Shown in pieces: positions 28,972 to 40,589 of a DNA stretch of 64,000 bases. Numbering within the stretch: the stretch's first letter is position 1; each line of letters starts with the position of its first letter. The notes below the pieces were generated by a model that ran no database searches, was not told where the DNA came from, and saw nothing but the letters and a program-made list of their open reading frames with translations. The DNA is from an uncultured Armatimonadetes bacterium (GTDB lineage: Bacteria; Armatimonadota; UBA5829; DTJY01): contig OY970325.1 of the NCBI GenBank assembly GCA_963717145.1, positions 768,001 to 832,000 of the forward strand, written 5' to 3'. The position numbers and the translations under genes are program-made.

Positions 28972-31560
28972 GTGTTATCAAGCAATCGAAAGGTAATCAT
29001 GTTTGCGCTAGGCATCTGTCTGATGCTGGTATCGGCAGCAGCTATGGCGCAGACTCCCGCTGATGCGGTGGCGGATGCCGTCGCCAACAGCGGCGTGTTC
29101 CCCGCGGGAACGACTGTAGTCAGCGTATCGGCTATCGGCGACAGCATCATCGTAGAGCTGAGCGCCGAGGCCGTCACGGCCGATTTCGGTGACACGCTCG
29201 CCGACAACATGGTCGAGGCGATCTGCGCAGCCGTCGGTGAGTTCCCTGAGTTGACAAACATCGAGGTGACGGTTGGCGGCCAGCCCCTGTGGTCGTATCT
29301 CCCGGCCCCAACGGAGCAGCCTGCGGGATCCGGACTCGGCGCTCTATCGCTCGGCTCCCCGGTCGGCGGCATCCTCAGTTCCCAGAGCCCGATTGTCCCG
29401 CCGATCATTGCCGCCCCCACTTCTAGCGAACTGGCCGGCAAGCTGGTGGTTCTGCACCCCAGCCACGGCAGCTATGTCTACAGCACCACCGCAGGTTGGT
29501 ATCGTTCCATGCGAACGTACTGCGGCCCGAATCCCGTGACGAGCCCGCCCCCTCTGGGCGGCGCCGCGTATCAGCCCAGCGACTACTACTACTGGACCAT
29601 GGGTTTCCAGTGGCCGATGTCCTACGAGGACGAGATGTCTCCTGAGACCATCAGGTTCCTCTATGCCTACTGTCAGTCCTCTGGTGCGGCGACTTTCTGT
29701 TCCAGGAACCTCGACAAGACCGCCGGCAACTTCCCTGCCGGCTGGGGCGGCTATCCCAACAAAGGAAATGCCACAGCGTATCCGGTGCCCAAGTGGCGGG
29801 CCGGTGCCAAGTACAATCTGCAGGATAAGGGCGTGCCGGAGTGGGTGTGGAACGAGCCGTCACTTACAACACAGGCCGACAAGGACCTCCGCGCCAGACC
29901 GTACTACGCGAACTACCTGATGGAAACGCTTGGCTACAACGAGGATAACAGTGTATCGTTCAGCCTGCATACCAATGCTGCGGGCGCTGGTACTGCCAGG
30001 GGGACGGAGACATACTGGTACACCACGAAGTATCCGTACCTGCAGACGCGGGCGCAGGCTTTCTGCGCTCAGATGGAGGCTGGTGTCGTCGGCGCCATTC
30101 GCAACCAGTACGATGGCGTCTGGGCGGAGCCGATATACAAGACTCCTCCTCCTGCAAGGCCGGAATGGCCGACGGCACCTACTACGGCTATCAGCAGAAC
30201 GGTGGGTCTACGACCAGATGGCAGGATCGAGGCGTGAAGACCACCAACTTCGGCGAGATCCGTGAGGCGAAGATGCCCGCTCAGTTGATGGAGCTTCTGT
30301 TCCACGACGACTGGAAGTTCTACCCGGATCAGGTATTCTACCAGGATCCCATCTTCCGTATCTACTGTTGGCTGGGGCATGTACACCGGCATCTGCAACT
30401 ACTTCGGCGTTACTCCGAAGGCCAGACTCAATGCGAGCGTTGACGCGGTCAGCTTCCCGACACTGGTTGGCCCGAACGCGGCGATCAGCGGTACGATCAC
30501 CATGAAGAACCTGGGCCAGGCATGGTGCTGGGGTAAGAAGCAGGTGGGTACTACTTCTCTCGTCCCATACAACGTATGGATGCTCAAGGGAGACGCCGCC
30601 GATCAGTTCGGCGCGGCCGGCACGAAGATCGACCTGGCGAACGACGGCAACTACTACCCCGGCGACAACGCTGAGTTCGCTGTCAGCCTGACCTCTCCTG
30701 CCACCACCGGTCTCTATACGACCTCGTGGCAGATGCTCAAGGACGATTCGAAGGGCGGATCCTTCGGCGCAGTCGCTTCCGCGCAGATCCAGGTGGATGC
30801 TGATGCTCCCGAGATCACGATCACTGCTCCGGTCGAGGGCCAGCTCTACGGTCCGAGCGTGGCAGTCGAGTTCAGCGCGACTGATGTTCTGAGCGAGGTC
30901 GTCAGCCTGACCGCCAACATCGACGGGAATTCCGTCGAGAGCGGTGCGAGCGTGACCTTGGCTAGCGGCACTCATGTACTGACCGTGGTTGCTGTCGACA
31001 CGTTCGACAACACCGCGACTCAGTCCGTGACCTTCCAAGTGGACGCCAACGCTCCGGTGATCACGATCGCTTCGCCGGCAGGCGTTTACCCGCACTGCGG
31101 CACCGTGGCGGTCTCCTTCGGCGCTACCGACGAGCCCGCTGGTGTGGCTGAGGTGACTGCGACCATCGACGGCAATCCCATCGCGAACGGCGCATCTATC
31201 GGCCTGCTGTGGGGCGCCCTCGGGACGCACACTCTCGCGGTGACGGCTACCGACACCGTTGGCAACACTAGCAGCTCCAGCGTGTCGTTCGGGGTCATTG
31301 CGACTATCGAGAGCCTGATCTGTGCATGCAACCAGTTGTATGCCGAGGGTCAGATCGACAACGAGGGCATACTGAACAGCCTGCTTGTCAAGCTGGCAAA
31401 GTACGAGAAGGACAACGGCGATGTCCCCGATGCGAAGAACTACCTGAAGAACTTCATCAATCATGTAGAAGCGCAGTCGGGCAAGCACATGAGCGTTGCG
31501 GCAGCCAACCTGCTGCTCTCTGACGCTGCTTACATCATCGCTCACCTGCCCGGTTCGTAG
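28972..31560 (+). CDS. Large secreted N-acetylmuramoyl-L-alanine amidase-like protein with GerMN-like N-terminus and Ig-like repeats; frameshifts near 30170 and 30360
   Basis: Signal peptide; amidase_3-type motifs VVLHPSHG, SLHTNA, RGTETY, MPAQLMELLFHD spread over ORFs 28972-30237 and 30165-30443; DxxAPxITI repeats and helical tail in 30379-31560. Confidence 0.72.
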
Positions 31561-31613
31561 CCGGCACCGGTCAATACACCTCGAGGTCTGCCCCGACTTC
31601 GAGCTTCTGCGGA

Positions 31614-31648
31614 AACCAGGCCCGGGATTCTCCTCCCGGGCCTGGTTC
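31614..31648 (+). terminator. Terminator-like hairpin
   Basis: aaccaggcccggga / tcccgggcctggtt. Confidence 0.6.
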
Positions 31649-31667
31649 ATTCCAGCCCGCAGTTCCC

Positions 31668-31696
31668 TTGACCCTGAATGCCACATTGTGTATGCT
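31668..31696 (+). promoter_or_regulatory. Sigma70-type promoter
   Basis: TTGACC-17 nt-TATGCT with extended TG. Confidence 0.55.
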
Positions 31697-31752
31697 ATGT
31701 CTGGCCTTCGGACCACCGAAGGAGTAAGCCACATATCAAGGCAGGGGGATTC

Positions 31753-32934
31753 ATGGCACAGGACAAGCACAGTTTGCTCCGTTCGCTCAGGACGGAAGAC
31801 AGCAAGTTGAAGGAATACGGGCTGGCGGAACTACCGCCGCCGGGCGCATACACTCACAGAGAGCGCTATCGAAGGATCATGCACTTCCAGAGCGTCGATC
31901 GGGTTCCGAACCACGAGTTCGGCTACTGGGACGACACGCTCGTGCGCTGGCATGACGAGGGCCTCCCCAAAGAGGTCGACTCCAACTGGGCGGCCGATGT
32001 CTTCTTCGGGTTCGACCCGACAAGCGGCGTGCCGATTCATATGGGGGTCACTCCGGGCTGGACGCATGAGGTCTTGGAGACGACGGATCGGTATCAGATC
32101 GTCCGAGGCGGCGATGGCGTCAAGTGCATGGTCTACACCGACGGCTCGTCGAGCATTCCTCACTACATCGAGTTCCCGCTCAAGAACCGTGAGGACTGGG
32201 AGCAGGATTTCAAGCGGCGCCTCGACCCGGACGATCCCTCACGGTACACTGTAGACTGGGATGCAGTGCGGAAGAACCTCGAGGGCCGCGACATCCCGGC
32301 GGGCATCGGATTCGGCTCGCTCTTCGGCTGGATCCGGAACTGGATGGGCTTCGAAGGCGTATCCTATGCGTGCTATGACGATCCGGCGCTCATTGAGGAG
32401 ATCATGGAGCGGATCACGGTGATGCTCGAGAAGCTCCTCAACTACTCGCTGGAGCAGTATTCCGACCTCGATTTCGCCTCTGGTTGGGAAGATATGTGCT
32501 TCGACCACGGGCCGATCATCTCGCCGAAGATGTTCAAGGAGTGGATGGTACCGCGCTACAAGCGGCTCACGGACATACTCCACAAGTACGGCATCGATGT
32601 CGTCATCACAGACTGCGATGGCAACATCAATGAACTCGTCGGCCTCTGGATCGAAGGCGGCGTGAACTGCATGTTCCCGCTCAAGATCAACTCCGGCACG
32701 CTCCCTGAAGTCTTGCGCGCGAAGTACGGGCAGCAGGTGCTGCTCGCGGGCGGAGTCGATAAGATCCAGTTGGCGAGGGGCAAGAAGGAGATCGAGAAGG
32801 AGATCGAGCGGCTCAGGCCGACAGTCGAGACCGGCGGCTTCATCCCGCACGTCGATCACCGCGTCCCGCCCGATGTCTCGTACGAGAACTATCTCTACTA
32901 CCTGAAGCTGAAAAGACAGGCGTTCTGCAGATAA
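31753..32934 (+). CDS. Uroporphyrinogen decarboxylase superfamily protein (URO-D/MtaA-CmuA-like)
   Basis: RNWMGFE, WEDMC...GPIISP, DCDGN, GGVDK, GGFIPHVDHRVPPDVS. Confidence 0.85.
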   Translation: MAQDKHSLLRSLRTEDSKLKEYGLAELPPPGAYTHRERYRRIMHFQSVDRVPNHEFGYWDDTLVRWHDEGLPKEVDSNWAADVFFGFDPTSGVPIHMGVTPGWTHEVLETTDRYQIVRGGDGVKCMVYTDGSSSIPHYIEFPLKNREDWEQDFKRRLDPDDPSRYTVDWDAVRKNLEGRDIPAGIGFGSLFGWIRNWMGFEGVSYACYDDPALIEEIMERITVMLEKLLNYSLEQYSDLDFASGWEDMCFDHGPIISPKMFKEWMVPRYKRLTDILHKYGIDVVITDCDGNINELVGLWIEGGVNCMFPLKINSGTLPEVLRAKYGQQVLLAGGVDKIQLARGKKEIEKEIERLRPTVETGGFIPHVDHRVPPDVSYENYLYYLKLKRQAFCR

Positions 32935-33090
32935 TGGTAGATGGCTGAGGGTTGATGGTTAATGGGGAGTGGTTGATGGCCAATGAGGGCAGAGTCCTTG
33001 TCCGCTATCAACCATCAACCATCCGCCATTCCCCCGTCCGCCATCAACCATCAGCCATCAACCATCAGCCATCAACCATGAACCATCCTT
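32934..33090. repeat. Inverted heptamer arrays (about 8 + 12 units)
   Basis: atggtag atggctg agggttg atggtta... then ccatcaa/ccatcag units. Confidence 0.8.
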
Positions 33091-33722
33091 TCCGACAGGG
33101 ACGATATCTGCTGGTGGCGGCCGTGCTGATCGTCGCGGCCGTCGCCGGATTGCTCGTGGGGAACTGGGTCTCCGCCCGCATGGACGCGCGCGCCGGGGAG
33201 CGGGAGAAACTCGCCGAGATCGACGAGTACCAGGGACTCGCGGAGCGATCGGGCATCACCGGCGACCTGACCCTCGACGTCCGGCCGGTGTCGCAGATAG
33301 TGAGTCCCGGAGAGCCGATCAAGCTTGCCGTGCGGCTGACGAACAGGGGCAAGCGCACGTTCGTGCTGAACTCATGGATCGAGCCGTATCCCGCGATGCT
33401 GGGGAGCAACCAATTGCCTCTCAAGGTCGATATTCGACTCGGGCGGCAGACGGTCAGCTTCCACGGCGACTCCGTCATCCTGGCCATGCATGAGAAGAAA
33501 GACTTCTTCGTACTGCGGCCCGGGGAGACCAAGTCCACTGTGATCGACCTTATGAAGCCCGCGTCCGGTCGGGGACGCTGGGATATGTCCGCTCCCGGGA
33601 CATACGAAGTCGCGCTCTGGTATGAGACCTACCTCTCCGGGAAATGGATCGGCGTGAGGGCGTGGACCGGCATGACGAATCCATTCGTCGTGCAGGTGAC
33701 TGTAGCGCCCGCCAAAGGATGA
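33078..33722 (+). CDS. Hypothetical membrane-anchored protein with Ig-like beta domain
   Basis: One N-terminal TM; LRPGE and PGTYEV motifs; ATGA overlap with the next gene. Confidence 0.65.
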   Translation: MNHPFRQGRYLLVAAVLIVAAVAGLLVGNWVSARMDARAGEREKLAEIDEYQGLAERSGITGDLTLDVRPVSQIVSPGEPIKLAVRLTNRGKRTFVLNSWIEPYPAMLGSNQLPLKVDIRLGRQTVSFHGDSVILAMHEKKDFFVLRPGETKSTVIDLMKPASGRGRWDMSAPGTYEVALWYETYLSGKWIGVRAWTGMTNPFVVQVTVAPAKG

Positions 33723-34654
33723 ACGCCTTGAATGAAATACAGATGGTCTGGCGTCTGAACATCCCTGAGTCGCTCGGGCTCGTCGAAGCGGGCCTCGACG
33801 ATCTTGGCGTCGACGGTGAGGGGAATATCCACATCAGCGACGGGGTCAACGGGGCGGTCTACCGATTCCGGTCGAGCGGCGAGACGGACAGAACGTTCGA
33901 CGTGATCCGGCCGGGACCGCTGAACGGCCGGGAGTCGGGGCTGAGCCTTGCGGTCGTGGCCGATTCGTCGTTCTACGTTGCCGATCCCGGTGGCGAGCGC
34001 GTAGTCCGATACGACTCGCTCGGACAGACGCTCGGCGAGTTCACTGCGCTCGGACTGCTCAGTCTCTGCTGGTCGCGAAGCGATCACGTCTATGCCCTTG
34101 CATCGGATGATGACGGCGAGCGGGTCGATTGCTACGACTCCATCGGCAGCCGGATCGAGGGCCTATGCGCGCCGAGACGCCGGCGCGCCCGTCTGGACCC
34201 CGAACTGGTCAGCATCGACGTAGACGCCGATGGTCGCGCGTACTTCACCTATGGCATGCCGCCATATCGCATATGGCGCGTCTCGGAGTGCGGTGGCTCG
34301 ACACCGCTCTTGCCGGGCGCTGAAGGCGGTGTCGGGCCACCGCACTCCGAGGACGATTGCTCCTCCGAACTCGAGACCTGGTGTCGCGACCTCGATCACC
34401 CCGAGGATGCCCTGCTGATCTCGGACCTGGCTCTCGACGCGGCCGGATCTCTGCTATGGGTACTGCTTGCCTCTCGTGAGGCGGGCAGGCAGATGCTCGA
34501 TCTGTTCGCGATTGATGGCAGGTTCCTCGGCTCGTCAGCTCTTCCACACAGCGAGAACCTCTACAGCAGCATCTGTGCGGCAGATGACGGCGCACTCTAT
34601 CTGCTCGATGACGCGGGCGGCAACCTGGTCCGCATGCACGCCCCGCTCCCATAA
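33719..34654 (+). CDS. NHL/beta-propeller-like protein
   Basis: Repeated LGVDGEGNIHISD / LAVVADSSFYVAD / IDVDADGRAYFT blades. Confidence 0.65.
   Translation: MNALNEIQMVWRLNIPESLGLVEAGLDDLGVDGEGNIHISDGVNGAVYRFRSSGETDRTFDVIRPGPLNGRESGLSLAVVADSSFYVADPGGERVVRYDSLGQTLGEFTALGLLSLCWSRSDHVYALASDDDGERVDCYDSIGSRIEGLCAPRRRRARLDPELVSIDVDADGRAYFTYGMPPYRIWRVSECGGSTPLLPGAEGGVGPPHSEDDCSSELETWCRDLDHPEDALLISDLALDAAGSLLWVLLASREAGRQMLDLFAIDGRFLGSSALPHSENLYSSICAADDGALYLLDDAGGNLVRMHAPLP
34283..34350. repeat. GGAGTGCGG-family palindrome inserted in frame in the propeller gene
   Basis: 25-nt arms tcggagtgcggtggctcgacaccgc / gcggtgtcgggccaccgcactccga (1 mismatch). Confidence 0.8.
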
Positions 34655-34734
34655 CTCACCCATACTCCCACACTCCCACACTCCGCAAAGCGGGTATACT
34701 CTCTGCAGAACGCTCAGAGGAGGCAAATCCGTAC

Positions 34735-35506
34735 ATGGCAAACAGACGACCAGTACTCATAACAGGCGCGGCCGGGTACGTCGGCACGTTCCTGCGCAAG
34801 GCCTGGGATGGCCAGTATGACATGGTTCTCGTCGATCACAAGGAGATAGCCGATCCCGGCGGCGCACGAGTGATCAGCGGCGATATCTCGGACGTTGAGA
34901 TGATGCGCGAGGCATGCAAAGGCGTGGATTCGGTGATCCATCTCGCGGCTGATCCGAGTCCGAACGCGCTCTTCGACGCCACGATCCTGCCGGTCAACAT
35001 AGTCGGCACTCACAACACCTTCCGCGCCGCATCAGAAGCCGGCGTGCGAAGGGTGATCTTCGCCTCGAGCATCCACGCGGTCGGCGCGTATCCGCCGGAT
35101 GTGCAGGTGAAGGAGGACATGCCAGTCCGACCATGCTGCGAGTACGGAACGAGCAAGTGCTACGGCGAGGCATTGGGAAGCTACTTCGCCGAACAGGAAG
35201 GGGATTTCGGTGATCGCGATTCGGATCGGCGGCGTCCACGGCCATCAGGGGAACGAGTTGCACCATCAGCCGAACGCGATCGACTATCTGGTCAGTGAGG
35301 ACGATCTGACGCAGTTGATCACCCGGTGCATAGAAGCTCCGGACGACGTGCGCTTCGAGATCGTCCACGGCATATCCGACAACCGGTTTAAGCGCCTGGA
35401 CATCAGCCGAGCGCGCCGGATCCTCGGCTACGAGCCGAAGGACGATGCGGCGGAAGGCATCGGCCAGGAGGTGCCCGAACCGCGCCCAATTCATAGGGCG
35501 GCATGA
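34735..35506 (+). CDS. NAD-dependent epimerase/dehydratase (uronate-dehydrogenase-like SDR); frameshift in G run near 35200
   Basis: ITGAAGYVG, FASSIHA, YGTSK; continues as IAIRIG...HGISDN in ORF 35210-35506. Confidence 0.85.
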
Positions 35507-35635
35507 AGGATTGCATCCGTGTGGCCGTCCACCCAGCCCCATCTCCCAGTATTTCGATGGAGGATGGATGACCTCGCTGGGTGAATCTTCTATATGAAGA
35601 TTGGCGGTGATTCAGACCGCAGGAGGTTAGTAACA

Positions 35636-37778
35636 ATGGGTTCCCTACGCAGTTATTGGTTGGTCGTGGCCCTGGTTTGCCTTGCTCTGAGCGTGGCGAG
35701 CGGAGCGCAGACCATCCCGAACTTCACGTTCATCCACGCATCCGACGTTCATGCGCCGATGACCATCAGTCAGCAGGTGTGTGCCGAGCTGGCCAAGGTG
35801 ACCGGCCCGATCGAGGTCAAGCCCGGCATTACCGCCGAAGCCCCGTCGTTCGTGGTAGTCAGCGGCGATCTGACTGAGTTCGGCGGCGGAAACGGCGTGT
35901 GGGATACGTATCTTTCCTACTGGAAGGATTTCACGATCCCCGTCTACCACACCCTGGGCAATCATGACGGCCCCTGGTGGTGCCTTCGGAGCAAGACATA
36001 CGACCTCTATGGCGCTCAGAGCTGGTCCTTCGACAAGTTCGGCTGCCACTTTGTCGGCCTGGACAATGCTTCATCTCAGGATCCGCGCGCGACGATCAGC
36101 AGAGATCAGCTCACGTGGCTGAAGGAAGACCTGAAGAAGCTCGACAAGGACACGCCCCTGTTTGTGGTCATGCACCACATGCTCCACGATGACTACTTCG
36201 GGAGTCCCTATGCCGTTCACCAGCTCCTCGATATACTGAGGCCCTACAATCTGGTGACGTTCCTCGGCGGGCATGGCCACAATCATAAGCTTCTGCACAA
36301 GTTCGGGACCGATACCACGGATGCGGGCGCGATCTGTGGGCCCGCCCCGAGGTGTCCCATAGGATGGAGTATCGTGTCAGTAGTCGACGGCACGCTTCGC
36401 ATCTCGTTCGACGAGTACCAGAAGGACGGCGTGCAGCAGACCTACTACGAGAAGCCGCTTCCAACGAAGTCGAGCTATCCGAAGATCGAGATTCTCACCC
36501 CGAAAGAGGACAGCACGACCAAAACCGGCTCCATGTTTGTCAAGGCCACGATCAGCGGCAATGAGAACCAGATCACCAAGGTGAGCTTCAGCGCAGACAG
36601 GAAGTCGTTCGAGGAGGATGACAGGGGCGAGGAGCCGATGGTACTTTCGACCGAAGGCGACTACGTCGGCCAGGTTCACTATGAGGACTGGGCGCCGGGC
36701 GCGCATAATCTACGGGTCAGGTTCATCGACGACACCGGCAAGAAGTACTACAGGAGCGTCGGCTTCAACGTCGAGCCCGAGCCGAGCAGATTGATCTGGC
36801 GCGTGGTCATCGACGGATCGTGCAGGGCCGCCGCCGCAGTCACCAGGGATGCAGTCTACGTCGGCGGCACCGATCGGAAGCTTCACGCGTTCGATAAGGC
36901 AACCGGCAAGGAGAAGTGGGCTTTCCCCACTAAGGGTGAGGTCGCCACGACCCCGGTGATTGCGGATCAGACGATCTACTTCGGCTGCGCCGATGGTAAG
37001 CTCTACGCGTTGGACTCCAAGGGCAGGGAGAAGTGGAGCTTCCAGGCCAGGGAGGGCATCTACAGCTCGCCAGTGTACGCCAACGGCGTTGTCATGTTCG
37101 GCTGCAATGATTCGGACTTCTATGGGATCGACGCAAAGACCGGAGAGCAGAAGTGGGTCCTCACCGATCCGACGTATACCATCGAATCCCGTCCGTTTGT
37201 GTACAACGGAGTCGTTTACTTCGGCGCGTGGGACACCTTCGTGTACGCCGTTGACATCGCTACCGGCCAACTCAAGTGGAAGGCTCTGGGCTACGGGTGC
37301 AGCACCAAGACCGCCGTCGTGCGTTACTATAGCCCGGCTGATAACGGCCCGGTGGTTGCGGGAGGCAAGGTCTTCATCGCTGATCGTGACTCGAAGCTGG
37401 GCATCATGGATGCTGCCATAGGCACGATGCTGGGTAACGCCTCGGGCCCTGTAGCGGTTGGGCTCGCGGAGGACGCGAAGTCCGTGTATCTGCGGAAACC
37501 GAACTCGGTCGGCAAGATCGACCTGGAAGGCAAAGAGATCTGGAGCGTTGAGGCGCAGGCCGATTCCGTTCCCGCCTCACCAGTCGAGAAGGACGGTATT
37601 GTCTACGTCGTTTCACGGCTCGGCCTGGTTCAAGCGCTCGAACGCACGTGACGGCAAGCTGCTCTGGAAATACCAGGCCACACCGCTTCTCTACGTCTTC
37701 GACCAAGTCACCGTTGCGGACGGCGTCGTCTACGTCAGCGGTATGGACGGCAGCATCACAGCGCTGAAAGCCAAGTAA
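35636..37778 (+). CDS. Secreted calcineurin-like metallophosphoesterase fused to PQQ/BamB-type beta-propeller; frameshift near 37640
   Basis: SDVH, SGDLTE, GNHD, GHGH; repeated DGKLYALD..G.EKW blades. Confidence 0.85.
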
Positions 37779-37781
37779 TTG

Positions 37782-37817
37782 ATGGGTCTCATGGGTCCAA
37801 TGGGACCCATGAGACCC
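37782..37817. repeat. Nonamer-based palindrome (ATGGGnCnn)x4
   Basis: gggtctcatgggtcc / ggacccatgagaccc. Confidence 0.6.
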
Positions 37818-37835
37818 TTAGTATGCATAAGGCGA

Positions 37836-38777
37836 ATGAACAGCCAAACCTGCGCACTTGGAATCGAAATCGGCGGGAGCACCCTCAGGATGGGGCTGGT
37901 GGACCGCGACGGGAAGGTCAGGCACTCGATGCGCAAGTCATCGAGTCATCTGCGTGACCAGTCGCACGCCATCGAACTCCTGCTCGCTGATATGGAGGGA
38001 TTCCTCATCGAGGCCGACGCCGAGTTGCCGGAGTGTGCCGGCATCGGTATCGCCGCCGCAGGTCTGGTGGACAACGAGAATCGCAGGATGGTCCTGGCGT
38101 CGAACCTGGGCTGGCGGGACCTCGACATCGGCGGCCCGGTCGAGGAACTCACTCAGACCCGCACGATCGTTGACAAGGATACGAACATGGCGGCGCTCGG
38201 TGAGCTTGCGGCGGGCTCGGGAAACGGTCTCGATTCGTTCATCTACGCGGCTATCGGAACCGGCGTTGGCGGTTCTGTGATCCACGACGGGCGGCTTCTG
38301 AGGGGCATAGGAAATAGAGCAGGGGAATTCGGTCATGTTTTCTGCGGCGGCGACGACCTGTGCGGATGTGGTGCGCGGGGATGCCTCGAAACGCTATCGG
38401 GCGGCGCATGGATTGCCCGCCATGCACGTGAGGCCATCGCGAACGGCTCACGCTCGACGATGGCAGGCCAGGAGATCACCGCCCGAACAGTCGTGGAGGC
38501 GGCCGAGCAGGGCGACGAGCTTGCGGTGGGGATACTCTCGGCAGCAGCCGACGCGGTGGGGCTCGGCTTACTGAACAGCATTCGGATGCTGTACCCGCAG
38601 GCGGTCATTCTCGGCGGAACGATCGGGTCGGTACGCAGACTCGTCTTCGATCGGGTCAAGGAGTTCGTCGAGTCGAACAGCATACTCCCGAGCACGAACC
38701 TCCCCAGCGTCCAGGTTCGTCATGCAGGACTCGGCGACTCAGCCGCCGTCATCGGGGCGGCTCTGTCGGTTTTCTGA
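37836..38777 (+). CDS. ROK family sugar kinase
   Basis: GIEIGGS, GTGVGG, AGEFGH, CGCGARGCLE. Confidence 0.92.
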   Translation: MNSQTCALGIEIGGSTLRMGLVDRDGKVRHSMRKSSSHLRDQSHAIELLLADMEGFLIEADAELPECAGIGIAAAGLVDNENRRMVLASNLGWRDLDIGGPVEELTQTRTIVDKDTNMAALGELAAGSGNGLDSFIYAAIGTGVGGSVIHDGRLLRGIGNRAGEFGHVFCGGDDLCGCGARGCLETLSGGAWIARHAREAIANGSRSTMAGQEITARTVVEAAEQGDELAVGILSAAADAVGLGLLNSIRMLYPQAVILGGTIGSVRRLVFDRVKEFVESNSILPSTNLPSVQVRHAGLGDSAAVIGAALSVF

Positions 38778-39222
38778 ACGACTCCTTCTCAATCGCCCTC
38801 ATCTGCTCGACCTTGACCAGAGAACCGCCGCCCTGGAACTCGGAATCGAGCCAGGCATCAACGATCTTCTTCGCCAGTTCGTGGCCGATCACTCTCTCGC
38901 CCATGGTCAGGATCTGGGCGTTATTGCTCTTCACCAGTCGCTCGGCCGAGAAGACGTCATGGCAGACTCCGGCATAGACGCCTTCGACCTTGTTGGCGAC
39001 CATCGCCATCCCCAGACCCGTCCCGCAGATCAGAATCCCCCTGTCGTACTCGCCGCACTGTATCCTGAGGGCGAGGTTATAGCCGATCTCGGGGTAATGC
39101 GCGCCGTCCTTGCTCGAGAGGAAATCGAGGTCGGTGACGTCGCAGCCCTTCGTCCTCAAGTGGTCCAGGATGGTGAGCTTGAGGTTCACGGCCGCGTCGT
39201 CGCAGTCGATCGCAATTTTCAT
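38749..39222 (-). CDS. rpiB: RpiB/LacA/LacB family sugar-phosphate isomerase
   Basis: GILICGTGLGMAMVANKV, SNNAQILTMGERVIG. Confidence 0.88.
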   Translation of the reverse strand: MKIAIDCDDAAVNLKLTILDHLRTKGCDVTDLDFLSSKDGAHYPEIGYNLALRIQCGEYDRGILICGTGLGMAMVANKVEGVYAGVCHDVFSAERLVKSNNAQILTMGERVIGHELAKKIVDAWLDSEFQGGGSLVKVEQMRAIEKESFRKPTEPPR

Positions 39223-40589
39223 CTTGTGCTCCAGAATCCGTCCGGGGCGAACAGAGAATCTACTGCCTCGTCCCAGACTCCCATTTCAAATGCCAGATCG
39301 AGAACCGTGTGGCGCTGTCGAAGCAGCCTCGCCGACTCGAACGAGCGCCGCAACCGGGGATAGTCAATCCCGATCTCCGTGGGCCTCGATGCGGCCCCTG
39401 CGCGCCCGATCATGTCCTGAATCGTCTCCGCGCCGATGAGTTGCTTCCGCAGATCGCCGCGGAGGTCGTCCCAGATCAAGTACAGACGCTCGAGCATGGC
39501 GGTAAGAGCCGTGGCGTCGATGTACTTCGCCTTGCACTGCGCGGTGGCCTGCTGGGCGAGAAGCGGGTCAGAGAAGGTCTCCGCGACATGCAACTCGACT
39601 GATTCCCAACTCGGCCATCGCTGGGCAACTGAGTCCGCGTTCCTGCGAATGTCCTCCGACCTCAACCCAAGTATGTACTCGTATAGCGCCTCGGAGCATA
39701 TCGCGCCGATACCCACCTTCACTCCGTGTGAGGGGGCGATGCCGTTGTGGACATGGTGCTCGTTGTCCCACAGATGGCTGAACAGGTGGTCCGCGCCCGA
39801 AGCCGGTCTCGACGATTGGGCGACCTGCATCGCAAGGCCACTCATGATCAGCCCCTCCATCAGCATCACCAATGCATCGCGATCCCCGCGCTTGACTCCC
39901 TCGGGATCGGCTATCCACCCGCGAAGGTTCGGCTGCACCAGAGACCACGCCTGCTGATGAATCGGATCGATTCCGAGCGCATCGGCAACAATCCAGTCGG
40001 CCCCTGCGGGAATCTTGGCAATGAGATCGGCATACCCGGATGCGTTCATCCCCTGAGGGGCGTTCTCAATGATGCTGACATCCGCGATGAGCGCGACGGG
40101 AGCAGGACAGAAGATCGTCTGCTTGTAGTTGTCCTTCGTGATCGAAGCGCCGAAAGCGGTGTATCCGTCCATGGAAGCGGCCGTCGCGACGACCATGTAC
40201 GGCTTTCCGCACTGATGGGCTGCCAGCTTCACGAGATCGTTGATCGTTCCCGAGCCGACGGCTATCGGAATCGCGTCGGTGTCACGTAGGAATTCCGTGA
40301 GCGTCTCGACGAACCGATACTCCGCGTGCAGGTCATCGTCCTCGATCACGAACGGCTTGCGCACCTCGGATCGGCCCTCGGTCGCGAGTGCGGCTAGGAC
40401 AGCCTCGCCCGCCGCGCGGAATGTGTTCTTGTCCGCGATGACTACGGCCGCCTGGTCGCCGAAGCACTCCTCAAAGCACGATGCAGTCCGGGCGATGGCC
40501 CGTTCCCCGACAACGACCTTCCGGGTTGTGTCCGCGCGCGTTACGGCATCGTTGATTCTCATTTCTGTCTGTTCGACCTGCGAACCCAT
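39219..40589 (-). CDS. sn-glycerol-1-phosphate dehydrogenase (AraM/EgsA-like)
   Basis: AVGSGTINDLVK, TAASMDGY, SRPASGADHLFSHLW, HGVKVG. Confidence 0.88.
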   Translation of the reverse strand: MGSQVEQTEMRINDAVTRADTTRKVVVGERAIARTASCFEECFGDQAAVVIADKNTFRAAGEAVLAALATEGRSEVRKPFVIEDDDLHAEYRFVETLTEFLRDTDAIPIAVGSGTINDLVKLAAHQCGKPYMVVATAASMDGYTAFGASITKDNYKQTIFCPAPVALIADVSIIENAPQGMNASGYADLIAKIPAGADWIVADALGIDPIHQQAWSLVQPNLRGWIADPEGVKRGDRDALVMLMEGLIMSGLAMQVAQSSRPASGADHLFSHLWDNEHHVHNGIAPSHGVKVGIGAICSEALYEYILGLRSEDIRRNADSVAQRWPSWESVELHVAETFSDPLLAQQATAQCKAKYIDATALTAMLERLYLIWDDLRGDLRKQLIGAETIQDMIGRAGAASRPTEIGIDYPRLRRSFESARLLRQRHTVLDLAFEMGVWDEAVDSLFAPDGFWSTR

